64,000 nucleotides of DNA from Gemmatimonadales bacterium (GTDB lineage Bacteria > Gemmatimonadota > Gemmatimonadetes > Gemmatimonadales > GWC2-71-9). Made by a program: the position numbers and the translations under genes. The notes under the pieces were generated by a model. That model saw only the letters and a list, made by a program, of their open reading frames with translations. It was not told where the DNA came from and did no database searches. How positions within the stretch are numbered: position 1 is the first letter of the stretch; each line of letters starts with the position of its first letter. Positions 20,664 through 30,493 of the stretch are shown here, in pieces. The stretch lies in assembly GCA_965249575.1 (NCBI GenBank), contig OZ252244.1, forward strand, positions 1,408,001-1,472,000. Reading direction: 5' to 3'.

Positions 20664-22019
20664 TTAGCGCTGACCCGCTTTCCGGGCCGCGTCGATCAAC
20701 GCCGTCGCCTCGGACCCCGATGGGGCTTCGGCAATGTACCGCACGATCGGCTCGGTGCCCGATGGCCGAACGTGCAGCCACCGATCTCGCCACGCCAGCC
20801 GAAGACCATCCTGCTTGTCCACTGTGGCGTCAGGAAAACCCTGCTCGAGCGCCTCATAGAGACCCGCCAGCTCGCCGCCCGTCGGCACCTTGTCCTTCAC
20901 GATGTTGTATCGCGGTTGCGACGACACGAGCTGGCTCACGGGCGCTTGCGTACGAGCGAGGAGGGTCAAGACGAGCGCCGCCGCTACCGGCGCGTCGCGA
21001 CCGAGATGCAATGATGGAAGAATCACACCTCCGTTCCCCTCTCCACCGATCACCGCACCCCTCTCGCGCATGACCCGCGCCACGTTGGCCTCCCCGACCG
21101 GTGCCCGGTCTAGCTGAACCCCGAAATCGCGTGCCGCGTCCTCGACCACCAACGAGGTCGAGAGGTTCGCGACCACGGGGCCTGGTCGGTCAGGGAGAAC
21201 CGCCCGCACGGCGAAGGCCAGAGTGTAGTCCTCCCCGATGGCCGAGCCGTGCTCGTCGGTGATGGCCAGCCGGTCCACGTCGGGATCGACCGCCATGCCA
21301 ACATCCGCACCCTGCTCCCGAACGAGCGCGCCCAGCAACTGCAGGTTCTCGGGCACCGGTTCGGGGGGACGCGGGAACCGGCCGTCGGCCTCGAGATTGA
21401 TGCCGTGAACGTGGCATCCCAGCGCCTCTAGCAGCTTCGGAACCATCGTGCCGCCGGCTCCTCGCACGCAGTCGAGTGCGACCGTGAAGCCGCGAGACTG
21501 GATGCGCTCCACCTCGAGCTCTGACATGCCCAGGACACCGTCGAGGTGGCGCTGCACAGCCCCGGGGTCGTCGACGAGCGAGCCGACTCCGTCCCATGCC
21601 GTACGCTCGATCGCGCCGTTCTCCGCCGCCGCTCTCAGCCGTTCACCGCTGTCCCGATCGAGAAACAGACCGTCCGGCCCAATGAACTTGAGGGCGTTCC
21701 ACTCGACGGGGTTGTGACTAGCGGTGATGACGATGCCACCGCCCGCCCGATGATGCTCGACCGCAAGCTGCGCAGTCGGCGTGGGTACCAACCCACAGTC
21801 GATGACCCGGCAGCCCACCGACTGGAGCCCGGCGCTGGCTGCGGCAGCAAACATCGGGCCCGACGTGCGGGCGTCCCGCGCCAAGACCACCACCGGGGCC
21901 GCGTCCGAGCGGGCCAAAAAGCCGAAGGCCGCCGCATAGCGAGCGATGAACTCTGGCGTGAGATCGGTACCGACGAGGCCTCTGACGCCCGAAACGCTGA
22001 TCATGAGCGTTTCACTCAT
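20664..22019 (-). CDS. glmM: Phosphoglucosamine mutase / phosphohexomutase
   Basis: TASHNP, DPDVDR, GEGNGG, RPSGTEP; adjacent to glmS. Confidence 0.9.
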   Translation of the reverse strand: MSETLMISVSGVRGLVGTDLTPEFIARYAAAFGFLARSDAAPVVVLARDARTSGPMFAAAASAGLQSVGCRVIDCGLVPTPTAQLAVEHHRAGGGIVITASHNPVEWNALKFIGPDGLFLDRDSGERLRAAAENGAIERTAWDGVGSLVDDPGAVQRHLDGVLGMSELEVERIQSRGFTVALDCVRGAGGTMVPKLLEALGCHVHGINLEADGRFPRPPEPVPENLQLLGALVREQGADVGMAVDPDVDRLAITDEHGSAIGEDYTLAFAVRAVLPDRPGPVVANLSTSLVVEDAARDFGVQLDRAPVGEANVARVMRERGAVIGGEGNGGVILPSLHLGRDAPVAAALVLTLLARTQAPVSQLVSSQPRYNIVKDKVPTGGELAGLYEALEQGFPDATVDKQDGLRLAWRDRWLHVRPSGTEPIVRYIAEAPSGSEATALIDAARKAGQR

Positions 22020-22354
22020 GCCAGAAGTTAGCCGACCGAAGGGGAAAAACCACTGTAATCAAGGCGATTAGCCGGTGAGGATTCGGGAGGCCGGAATTCC
22101 CGTGGATTTCAACGATCGCGGGAGGGCTTCGTCATGCATGCCGCCACCCCCCCTCAAACCATCCCCTACCCCTAACACTGTTGGCTGGGCTCCTCGCCAC
22201 CGCGGCCGGCGTGTGCCATGGCATTCCTGTTTTCGGCACCTCGCATGCGGAGCGTGGGGTGGCCCAGGCGGGAGTCAAGCACGCCTCGCCGATCTCCTTG
22301 CTGCAGCGGTAAGGCCGCGTTTATGTTCCGCTTTCCCATCGGTTTGAGAATTCA

Positions 22355-23542
22355 ATGACGCGAATCTTCGATGAGGATCTGAACGGGTCGTTGGCCACCC
22401 GAGCCGTCCACGCCGGGCAACGTCCGGATGAGTCGACCGGGGCGATCATGCCTCCGGTCTACCAGACGTCAACCTACGTCCAGGATGGGCTGGGAAAGCA
22501 CAAGGGCTTCGATTACGCCCGAACTAGAAATCCCACACGGGACGCGTTCGAGCGTAACGTGGCCGCCTTGGAGGGAGCCCAGCACGGGCTCGCGTTCGCG
22601 TCGGGGTTGGCCGCGACTGACGCCGTGTTGAAGCTGCTGTCGGCAGGGGACCACGTGGTCTGCGGGGAAAACCTTTACGGCGGTACGCACCGCTTGATGT
22701 CGCAAGTGTACGCGCGCCTGGGGTTGGCATTCACGTTCGTGGATACGCGCTCGATCGCCGGCATCGAGGCCGGACTAACGCCCGCCACCAGCATGATCTT
22801 CGTCGAAACGCCGACGAATCCCATGATGAGATTGACCGATCTCGAGGCGGTGTGCGCGCTCGCCAGAGACCGCGATCTCATCAGTGTGGTGGACAACACG
22901 TTTGCAACCCCGTGTTTCCAGCTCCCCGTTCGCGCGGGTGCGGACGTCGTGCTGCATTCGACCACGAAATACTTGAATGGGCACAGCGACATGATCGGCG
23001 GCGTTCTCGTCACCGATCGCGACGACCTCGCCGACGCGCTCGCTTTCCAACAAAACGCGACTGGCGCCGTTCCAGGACCAATGGACTGCTGGCTCGCGCT
23101 CCGTGGTATCAAGACCCTGGCCGTCCGAATGAAGCAGCATGACGCCGGCGGCCGGCGGATCGCATCGTGGCTGACCGAGCATCCAGCGGTCCAGCACGTT
23201 TACTACCCTGGACTGCCGGACCACGAACAGCACGAGCTCGCGTGCCGGCAAATGTCGGGATTCGGGGGGATGATCTCGGTCGAGCTGGGCTCGCTCGCGA
23301 ACGCCCGGGTCGTGTCCGAGAGCACGACCCTGTTCGCCCTCGCCGAGTCGTTAGGGGGTGTCGAGAGCCTGATCGGACACCCCGCGAGCATGACCCACGC
23401 CAGTGTCCCAACGGAGATGCGCGAGGCGATGGGGCTGACCGACGGATTGGTGCGCCTGTCGGTGGGCATCGAGGACACCGACGACTTGATTGCCGACTTG
23501 GAACGCGCGCTCAATCGCGTAGGTCAGCGACCGGCCGGCTGA
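22355..23542 (+). CDS. Cystathionine gamma-synthase/lyase (transsulfuration PLP enzyme)
   Basis: YARTRNPT, ETPTNP, DNTF, HSTTKYLNGHSD, AESLGGVESL. Confidence 0.95.
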   Translation: MTRIFDEDLNGSLATRAVHAGQRPDESTGAIMPPVYQTSTYVQDGLGKHKGFDYARTRNPTRDAFERNVAALEGAQHGLAFASGLAATDAVLKLLSAGDHVVCGENLYGGTHRLMSQVYARLGLAFTFVDTRSIAGIEAGLTPATSMIFVETPTNPMMRLTDLEAVCALARDRDLISVVDNTFATPCFQLPVRAGADVVLHSTTKYLNGHSDMIGGVLVTDRDDLADALAFQQNATGAVPGPMDCWLALRGIKTLAVRMKQHDAGGRRIASWLTEHPAVQHVYYPGLPDHEQHELACRQMSGFGGMISVELGSLANARVVSESTTLFALAESLGGVESLIGHPASMTHASVPTEMREAMGLTDGLVRLSVGIEDTDDLIADLERALNRVGQRPAG

Positions 23543-23565
23543 AACCGCGCGCGCTGCCGCGCGTA
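23540..23565 (+). promoter_or_regulatory. ECF (SigW-type) promoter upstream of the M48 peptidase
   Basis: TGAAAC-N16-CGTA; same motif and spacing as 35128-35153. Confidence 0.7.
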
Positions 23566-23619
23566 CGGTACGGCGTGATAGCGGCCACGCGTCACGCAAC
23601 CTTACATGCGGAGGCAACT

Positions 23620-24630
23620 ATGAGCGACTCACCTGACGGCGGCGCGGGCGCTCGCCCTCGAGTCGTCCTGTCCGAAATCGCGCCGGTAAGTTGGGAGCAC
23701 CCCGCCGATCGCGCTGCGCTGCAAGCACTGCGCGCAGTACCCGGGTTCGATGAAGCGGTGCGAAAAATCGTGGGGTTTTTCGGAGAGCGCGGAATCCGAC
23801 TCCTGTTCCAGGCGAACGCCGTGCGGGTGGGGCCGACTCAGTTCCCCACACTCGACGGCCTCCTGACCGAAGTGGCGACGACGCTCGACTGGCCCGACCG
23901 GCCAGAGCTGTACGTCACCCAGACGCCCTTGGTAAACGCTGGCGCCGTCGGCGTGGACAAGCCGTTCATCGTTCTGAACTCGGGTGCGGTTCACCTGCTC
24001 GACGAAAACGAAACGCGGGTCCTCATCGCGCACGAATTGGGACACGTGATGAGCGGCCACGCGCTCTACCGGACCGTGCTGATCCTCCTGCTGGCCCTCG
24101 GGTTTCAGAATCTCCCGTTTCTCGCCGGGCTCGCCCTGCTGCCAATCAAGCTGGCACTCTTGGAGTGGTTCCGGAAAAGCGAGCTCTCGGCCGATCGTGC
24201 AGGGCTGCTCGGCAGCCAAGATCCGGACGCGTCGATGGGAGTCTTCTTGAAACTCGCCGGTGGAGGATCTAGCGAGGACACAGACCTCCACGCGTTCCTG
24301 GCCCAGGCGCGGGAGTACGAAGATGCCGGCGGCGCCCTAGACACGATTTACAAGATCCTGAACACTCTGGGTGCGACACACCCATTCAATACGCTCCGGG
24401 CAGCCGAACTCGATCGGTGGACAGAGGCGGGTGCCTACCAGAAAATCCTGAACGGCGAATACACACGGCGCGGCGCAGAGCCTGAAGACCGCTCGCTCGG
24501 ACAGGATCTCGGGGAGGCGGCGACCCACTACGCAGATGAAGCCCGGAAGACGGTTGGACATGTCGCCGATGCCGCCAAGCGCGCCGCGCAGGCGTTCACC
24601 GACGCGTTCAAGGATCCCGGCCAGCGGTGA
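23620..24630 (+). CDS. M48 family zinc metallopeptidase
   Basis: HELGH, ELSADR, THP motifs; ATG 23620 after GGAGG. Confidence 0.92.
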   Translation: MSDSPDGGAGARPRVVLSEIAPVSWEHPADRAALQALRAVPGFDEAVRKIVGFFGERGIRLLFQANAVRVGPTQFPTLDGLLTEVATTLDWPDRPELYVTQTPLVNAGAVGVDKPFIVLNSGAVHLLDENETRVLIAHELGHVMSGHALYRTVLILLLALGFQNLPFLAGLALLPIKLALLEWFRKSELSADRAGLLGSQDPDASMGVFLKLAGGGSSEDTDLHAFLAQAREYEDAGGALDTIYKILNTLGATHPFNTLRAAELDRWTEAGAYQKILNGEYTRRGAEPEDRSLGQDLGEAATHYADEARKTVGHVADAAKRAAQAFTDAFKDPGQR

Positions 24631-25904
24631 AGGTGCTCGTCGTCGGGGGCGGCGGGCGCGAGCACGCGCTCGCGTGGGCATTCTCGCAGCAGGCCACCGT
24701 CCTCTGTGCGCCGGGCAATCCGGGCACCGCGCAGGTAGCCACAAACCTCCCGGTTGCCGTCACCGACCAGGCCGGCATCGTCGACGCGGCCCGAGAGCAC
24801 GAAATAGACCTCGCCGTGATCGGCCCCGAGGGCCCGCTCGCGGACGGACTGGCTGACCGGCTCTCGGCAGCTGGCCTCCCGGCGTTTGGCCCAAGCGCGC
24901 GGGCGGCTCGGATCGAGGCGTCGAAGGCATACGCGAAGCAAATCATGGAGCGGGCCGGGGTCCCGTGCGCGCCAAGCCGGAGCTTCACGAACGAACGCGA
25001 AGCGCTGCGGTACATCGACGCCCACTCCGAGCCGCTCGTGGTCAAGGCTTCGGGCCTCGCTGCCGGCAAGGGCGCGATCGTGTGCGAGGGCCGCTCCGAG
25101 GCCACTAAGGCGGCGCGGGAGATGTTCGCTGGTCGGTTTGGCAGCGCGGGCCGCGAGATCGTCGTTGAGGAGTTCCTGAGCGGCGAGGAGCTTTCGGTAC
25201 TGGCGCTCACCGATGGCGAGCAGGTCCTCATTCTCCCGCCCTCTCAAGACCACAAGCGTCTTGGAGAATCCGATACCGGGCCGAACACCGGCGGCATGGG
25301 CGCATACGCCCCGGTATCCCTCGCAGACGACGTGCTACTCGACACCATCCGAACGACGATCCTTCTCCCAGTCCTGGGAGCGTTGGCAACCGATGGCGCG
25401 ACCTATCGCGGCGTCCTCTACGCCGGGCTGATGATCTCAGACTCAGGTGTGCCGTCCGTGGTCGAGTTCAACTGCCGGTTTGGCGATCCCGAGGCGCAGG
25501 TCGTACTCCCTGTAGTCCGGGACGGCATCCTGGCACACCTGTGGGCCATCGCCGCGTCTGAGGCGTGGCGTCCGGAACGGAAAACCGCTCCCCATCGCGG
25601 GGCCGCCGTCACTACCGTGCTGGCGGCACCCGGCTATCCAGCGTCACCACGGAAGGGCGCGGCGATCTCGCTGCCGGCCCCACTGCCCGACGACACTCTC
25701 CTCTTTCACGCTGGGACGTCACTCGACGACGACGGGGTCCTCCGCACGGGCGGCGGCCGGGTGCTCTGCGCCACTGGAGTGGGTGTCGACATCGTGGGTG
25801 CCAGCGCGGCCAGCCAGCGCCTCGCCGAGGCGATCGAGTTCGACGGCAAGGTCTTCCGGCGGGACATCGCATGGCGCGAGGTTGCCCGTGCCGGAGCTGC
25901 CTGA
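24627..25904 (+). CDS. purD: Phosphoribosylamine--glycine ligase
   Basis: GGGGREHA, GPE, KASGLAAGKG, QDHKR, NTGGMG, EFNCRFGDPE. Confidence 0.98.
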   Translation: MKVLVVGGGGREHALAWAFSQQATVLCAPGNPGTAQVATNLPVAVTDQAGIVDAAREHEIDLAVIGPEGPLADGLADRLSAAGLPAFGPSARAARIEASKAYAKQIMERAGVPCAPSRSFTNEREALRYIDAHSEPLVVKASGLAAGKGAIVCEGRSEATKAAREMFAGRFGSAGREIVVEEFLSGEELSVLALTDGEQVLILPPSQDHKRLGESDTGPNTGGMGAYAPVSLADDVLLDTIRTTILLPVLGALATDGATYRGVLYAGLMISDSGVPSVVEFNCRFGDPEAQVVLPVVRDGILAHLWAIAASEAWRPERKTAPHRGAAVTTVLAAPGYPASPRKGAAISLPAPLPDDTLLFHAGTSLDDDGVLRTGGGRVLCATGVGVDIVGASAASQRLAEAIEFDGKVFRRDIAWREVARAGAA

Positions 25905-26724
25905 AGTCGAGACCATCGTCCGCGAGCTCGACCCGCACGTTCGCGGCCGGCGCCTGTCCCAACCACGACTTTTTCACCACGACGTCTTGAGGGGCGTGAG
26001 TGCCCGCCGACTCGCGCGAGCGCTCGACGGCACCCGCGTCGTCAACCTCTCTCGGCGCGCCAAGCACGCAGTGTTCCTACTCGAGACCGGCCATCGGATG
26101 GTGATCCAGCCAAGAATGTCCGGAGCTCTGTTGATCTACGACAGGGCACTCACACAGGAGGAGGCGCGGTACGCGGTGCTGCAGGTCCGTGTGGGGCGGG
26201 GATCGCTGCTCGTCTATCGGGACGTACGACGCCTGGGAACGATCTCCCTATTGAACGAAGGGACTTGGCAGGCCTATACTGATCGAATCGGACCGGAACC
26301 GCTGGACGAGGACTTCAGCGTCGACCGGTTCGCGGCACAGCTTCGCACGAGCCGCCAAGCCGCCAAGAAAGCGCTCATGGATCAGCGAAAGCTCGCGGGT
26401 GTGGGCAACATCTACGCGAACGAGGCCCTGTTTCGCGCCCGCATCGATCCCTCCCGACCCGCACGTGATCTCCTGCCGGAGGAAATCGCGCGGCTCTATC
26501 GCGCGGTCCGAGGCGTGCTGCGGGGAGCTATCAAGGCGAAAGGCACGACCTTCCGCGACTATCGCACGGGCACCGGCGAAAGAGGGGCGTTTCAGTTCGC
26601 GCTCCACGCCTACGGGCGGGGAGGGCGCCCCTGCCGCCGGTGCGGAACGCGGCTGGTCACGACGCACGCGATCGACGGCCGATCCACCACTTTTTGCTGG
26701 CGCTGTCAGGGCGCACATCAATGA
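25888..26724 (+). CDS. mutM: Formamidopyrimidine-DNA glycosylase
   Basis: (M)PELPEVE at GTG 25888, GVGNIYANE, C-terminal CxxC..CxxCQ zinc finger. Confidence 0.97.
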   Translation: MPELPEVETIVRELDPHVRGRRLSQPRLFHHDVLRGVSARRLARALDGTRVVNLSRRAKHAVFLLETGHRMVIQPRMSGALLIYDRALTQEEARYAVLQVRVGRGSLLVYRDVRRLGTISLLNEGTWQAYTDRIGPEPLDEDFSVDRFAAQLRTSRQAAKKALMDQRKLAGVGNIYANEALFRARIDPSRPARDLLPEEIARLYRAVRGVLRGAIKAKGTTFRDYRTGTGERGAFQFALHAYGRGGRPCRRCGTRLVTTHAIDGRSTTFCWRCQGAHQ

Positions 26725-27758
26725 AGATAGCAGTCGTTTTCGATACGCCATACGAGGGATGGGAAGACGAGGACTTCCGAGAGGACATGGCGGGCCTCGA
26801 CGCGCGTGAAGACCCCGACTATGTCGAAGATGCGGAGTACGAGGTCGCCGACGCACTCCAGGTTAACGGGCATGACGTGCTGCTCGTCGGGGTGCATGCC
26901 GACCTCCATCATGTGCTCGAGAGCCTCAAGCAGTTTTCGCCCGATCTCGTCTTCAACTGCGTCGAGGCCTTTCGGGACGATCCGACACACGACTACCTCG
27001 TCCCGGCGCTCCTAGAGGCCGAGGGATATCGCTTCACGGGCGCGCCCCCGCTGGGACTACTCACGACCCGCAACAAGGCCATGAGCAAGCAGGTGCTGGC
27101 CTATCACGACATCAGGGTACCGGGATTCGCCACGTACCGGATATCAGAGAGCGTCACAGGCGATCCCGGGCTCGCGTTTCCGCTCATCGTGAAGCCCTTG
27201 CAGGAAGACGCTTCTGCAGGAATCGCTCAGGCGTCGGTCGTGCGCGACCGCTCCTCGCTCGGGGAGCGTGTGAGTTTCGTCCATAGCGCCTTCTCCCAGC
27301 CCGCCATCGCCGAGGAATTCGTCGAAGGCCGAGAGCTGTACGTGAGCATGGTTGGTAACGGCGAACGCCTCGAAATACTGCCCATGGTCGAGATGGTCTT
27401 CGACAAGCGGCGCACGAAGCCAGAGGAGCGGATCGCCACCAAGTCGGCGAAGTGGAACGTGGCGTATCGGGACCGGAAAGGAATCCGCAACGTGTTTGCG
27501 CGGCCCATCGCACGCCAGGTGCGGGAGCGCATCGAAGAGATTTGTAAGACGGCCTATCGAGCCCTCTGGCTGCGTGACTACGCCCGTCTGGACGTGCGAC
27601 TGACGGAGGCCGGCGATGCCTGGGTGATCGAGGCGAACGCCAATCCGTTCATCGGCTACGGGCACGATATGTCCAACGCCGCCGAGAAGGCGGGCATGGA
27701 CTATTATCAGTTTGTGCAGAGGATCGTCGACGAGGCCATGGGCAGATATGGGTGCTAG
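26721..27758 (+). CDS. D-Ala-D-Ala-ligase-like ATP-grasp enzyme
   Basis: VFN..E, NKAMSK, IVKP..EDAS.GI, EEFVEGRE, YARLDVRL, IEANANP; ATG 26721 overlaps the mutM stop. Confidence 0.88.
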   Translation: MKIAVVFDTPYEGWEDEDFREDMAGLDAREDPDYVEDAEYEVADALQVNGHDVLLVGVHADLHHVLESLKQFSPDLVFNCVEAFRDDPTHDYLVPALLEAEGYRFTGAPPLGLLTTRNKAMSKQVLAYHDIRVPGFATYRISESVTGDPGLAFPLIVKPLQEDASAGIAQASVVRDRSSLGERVSFVHSAFSQPAIAEEFVEGRELYVSMVGNGERLEILPMVEMVFDKRRTKPEERIATKSAKWNVAYRDRKGIRNVFARPIARQVRERIEEICKTAYRALWLRDYARLDVRLTEAGDAWVIEANANPFIGYGHDMSNAAEKAGMDYYQFVQRIVDEAMGRYGC

Positions 27759-28761
27759 GCGCGCCCGGCGCCGAACCCGCGCCCCTCAACCCGAACTACG
27801 TTGCGTCTGCGGACACGAGCTGGGGCGCTTCTGGCGTTTCTGCCCGAGCTGCGCCCGTCCGCAGACGTGGCGTGATGAGGCGCATCAGACCGGCGCGGAG
27901 TGCTACCGCTGCGGATGGGTTGTCTCCGACCGCTTTTCGTATTGCCCCTGGTGCGGCGCAGACATCTACGAGCCCGGACACTCGAGCGAGATAGCACTCA
28001 AAGCCCCCGGTGGATTCCGGTATCACGCGCGGTGCGATCACGGCTGCGGTGGCGGCGTACAATATCCCATGCCGCACTGCCCCTGGTGCGGGGAAGAGCA
28101 GACCTGGGGCGACGAGGGCGTCTTCGAAGGCAACTGTCCACACTGCTCCCGGGGTGTGGACGACTGGATGAACACCTGCCCATGGTGCGGTAAGAACGCC
28201 ACGGGACAGGATCAAATTCCCCGCGCACTGACTCGTGTCCGAAGACTCCTCATGACGTCCCGCATCCGCCTCTGGGGATATCGGGTACTGCTGCGTCCCG
28301 GCGTGTCCGGCGTCGACCCCCGCTGGCCGAAGATCGTCGAGATCGATCAGCGCTACGTCGTGGGCAAGCGGAAACGAGACGAGATCTCATGGTCGATGAT
28401 GGTCGGCCTTATCACGCACGAGCTGGGGCATTCGTTCCTGTGTCACCACTGGCGCTGGGCGAGGAGCGCCCGGTTTCGGCGAGCGTTTGGAGAAGTCGAC
28501 CAGGCGTACCGCGGCGTCGACGATACGTGGGTGGATTTCCAGCGCCGGCGAATCGCAACGACGCTCGTGCGCCACGTCAGCGGGTACGCGGCGACGCACC
28601 CCCAGGAGGACTTCGCTGAAACCTTTCGATTCTACGTGACCAGACGGGGACGGCTGCGCGAGCTGTTTGCGGAGCTGGGGCAAAAGCGGAAGGAAGTCGT
28701 GGTCTACGAGAAGTTCTTGGCCCTGCACGACTACGTGCGCTCGCTGAGGGGATGGCAATAG
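27748..28761 (+). CDS. Multi-zinc-ribbon protein with C-terminal zincin-like metallopeptidase (Peptidase_Mx-like)
   Basis: Four Cys-pair ribbons (each ending CPxC), HELGH, YAATHPQEDFAETF. Confidence 0.85.
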   Translation: MGARRARRRTRAPQPELRCVCGHELGRFWRFCPSCARPQTWRDEAHQTGAECYRCGWVVSDRFSYCPWCGADIYEPGHSSEIALKAPGGFRYHARCDHGCGGGVQYPMPHCPWCGEEQTWGDEGVFEGNCPHCSRGVDDWMNTCPWCGKNATGQDQIPRALTRVRRLLMTSRIRLWGYRVLLRPGVSGVDPRWPKIVEIDQRYVVGKRKRDEISWSMMVGLITHELGHSFLCHHWRWARSARFRRAFGEVDQAYRGVDDTWVDFQRRRIATTLVRHVSGYAATHPQEDFAETFRFYVTRRGRLRELFAELGQKRKEVVVYEKFLALHDYVRSLRGWQ

Positions 28762-28837
28762 GGCTCGGTTGCAGGAGTGTCTCGGGTCGGCTCCGGGGGA
28801 GACGCGCTGGCGCCGCCTCCGGGCGGTCCCGCGCCCC

Positions 28838-29920
28838 ATGACCACGCAGACGGCGCTCGCGCTTTCAGACACCACCCGCCTCAAGCGTCGGATCGCCGCC
28901 CTCGCCGAAAACCGGCCGGGGGTCTATCGCATGCTCGACGGCGCAGGGCGCGTGATGTACGTGGGGAAAGCGAAGCGGGTACGGGCCCGGCTCCTGTCCT
29001 ACTTTCGAGCCAACGCGGCCGACGACAAAGCAGGGCGCATCGTCGCCGCCGCGGAAAACGTCGAGTGGGATTACACACCCTCGGAGTTCGCCGCGCACCT
29101 CACTGAGCTCCGACAGATCAAGCGTCACCGACCGCCGTTCAATGTCCGAATGAACCGTGCCCGGCGAGCGGCAATGCTCAAAGTATCCGGCGGCGCGGCT
29201 CCCAGAATCTACGCGGTGCGCTCAGTCGGATCGGACGACGCGCGCTACTATGGTCCCTTTGGGAGCCCTTTCAGACTCACGAGCGTCGTCCGCACGCTGA
29301 ACGACCTACTCGGCCTCCGAGACTGCGCGCTCACCACGCCAATCGTCTACGCCGAGCAGTGCGACTTGTTCACCTGCGGTCGCCGCGCGGCTTGCATGCG
29401 GCACGAGCTTGGCACGTGCACGGGCCCATGTGCCGGCTTCGTCACGAAACGGGAGTATCTCGATCGCGTCGGGACCGCGGTGGCCTTCCTGGAAGGGCGG
29501 GGGGTGAGCCCGGTGGATCGGGTGGTGGCCGGGATGATCGAAGCCAGTGATGCGAACGAGTTCGAGCTGGCTGCCCGGTGGCGGGAGCGGTTTGACGATT
29601 TGGAGTGGCTCTTGGGCGCGGTGAGCCGCACCCGTGCGTTCATCGAGGCCCTCACATTCATATACCTGGACCCGGGCGCGTATGGGGACGATCACGCCTA
29701 CATCATACGGCGAGCCACCGTGCGAGCATCGGCCGGCGCCCCCCACACCCCGATCGAACGAGAGGCGTTCAAGTCGCTGATCGCTGAGCACATAGATCCG
29801 GAGCCCGCGCCCGGGCCGCTGCCGGTGGAGTCAATGGACGAAATGCTCCTTCTCATGAGCTGGTTCCGCCAGCACCCGGGAGCCATGCTCCGCACGATCC
29901 CCCTAGGCGAGTGGCGCTAG
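28838..29920 (+). CDS. UvrC/Cho-like GIY-YIG nuclease with UVR domain
   Basis: PGVYRM..MYVGKAK..R.RL.SYF, E..IK..RPPFN, YYGPF, Cys cluster, FELAARWR; no C-terminal UvrC half. Confidence 0.88.
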   Translation: MTTQTALALSDTTRLKRRIAALAENRPGVYRMLDGAGRVMYVGKAKRVRARLLSYFRANAADDKAGRIVAAAENVEWDYTPSEFAAHLTELRQIKRHRPPFNVRMNRARRAAMLKVSGGAAPRIYAVRSVGSDDARYYGPFGSPFRLTSVVRTLNDLLGLRDCALTTPIVYAEQCDLFTCGRRAACMRHELGTCTGPCAGFVTKREYLDRVGTAVAFLEGRGVSPVDRVVAGMIEASDANEFELAARWRERFDDLEWLLGAVSRTRAFIEALTFIYLDPGAYGDDHAYIIRRATVRASAGAPHTPIEREAFKSLIAEHIDPEPAPGPLPVESMDEMLLLMSWFRQHPGAMLRTIPLGEWR

Positions 29921-29952
29921 CAATGAACGGCACCAAGCGCTCGGAGCAGCGC

Positions 29953-30444
29953 TCAGGCGCCCGCTCGCTCTTCCAACCAAACGAGACGCGCCCGCGGCGG
30001 TAGGCCAGGTTCGAACTCCATGATGCCCACCGAGGGTTTGAGATCGAATCGCCGGGGGCCGGCGGCCCCGGGGTTCATGATCGTCACCGTCGAGTCGACG
30101 AGCTCCAAAAGAGGCTGGTGGGTGTGCCCGAACACGATAACCTCCGCCGCTGGGTAGGCGTCGTGCAGTGACGAAGGCGTGGGTGATCCGAACTGGTCCC
30201 CGTGCGTCACCACGATGCTCAGACCGTCCAGCTCCAGCTCGGCGACACGCGAGCACCTGGCGCGTACGACCGGACCGTCGGTGTTTCCGTACACCGCCGT
30301 CACAGGCGCCAACACCTCGAGCTCCGTCAGGAGATCCGCGGGGCCGACATCGCCCGCGTGGAGGATGTGATCCACACGGCCGAACACCTCGAAGACCTCG
30401 GGGCGAAGCTGGCCGTGAGTGTCGGCGATCACCCCCAAACGCAT
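29953..30444 (-). CDS. YfcE-like metallophosphoesterase
   Basis: DTH, HAGD, GNTD, THG, GHTH, NPG motifs. Confidence 0.93.
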   Translation of the reverse strand: MRLGVIADTHGQLRPEVFEVFGRVDHILHAGDVGPADLLTELEVLAPVTAVYGNTDGPVVRARCSRVAELELDGLSIVVTHGDQFGSPTPSSLHDAYPAAEVIVFGHTHQPLLELVDSTVTIMNPGAAGPRRFDLKPSVGIMEFEPGLPPRARLVWLEERAGA

Positions 30445-30493
30445 GCCACCTCCGCAGGTGGCATCAAGTTCGACAGGAACCCGCGCCAGTTCC

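Noticed and set aside
22020..22354. Possible SAM riboswitch or glmS ribozyme in the glmM/metB intergenic region
   Set aside because: No consensus elements of either RNA recognisable; glmM appears leaderless
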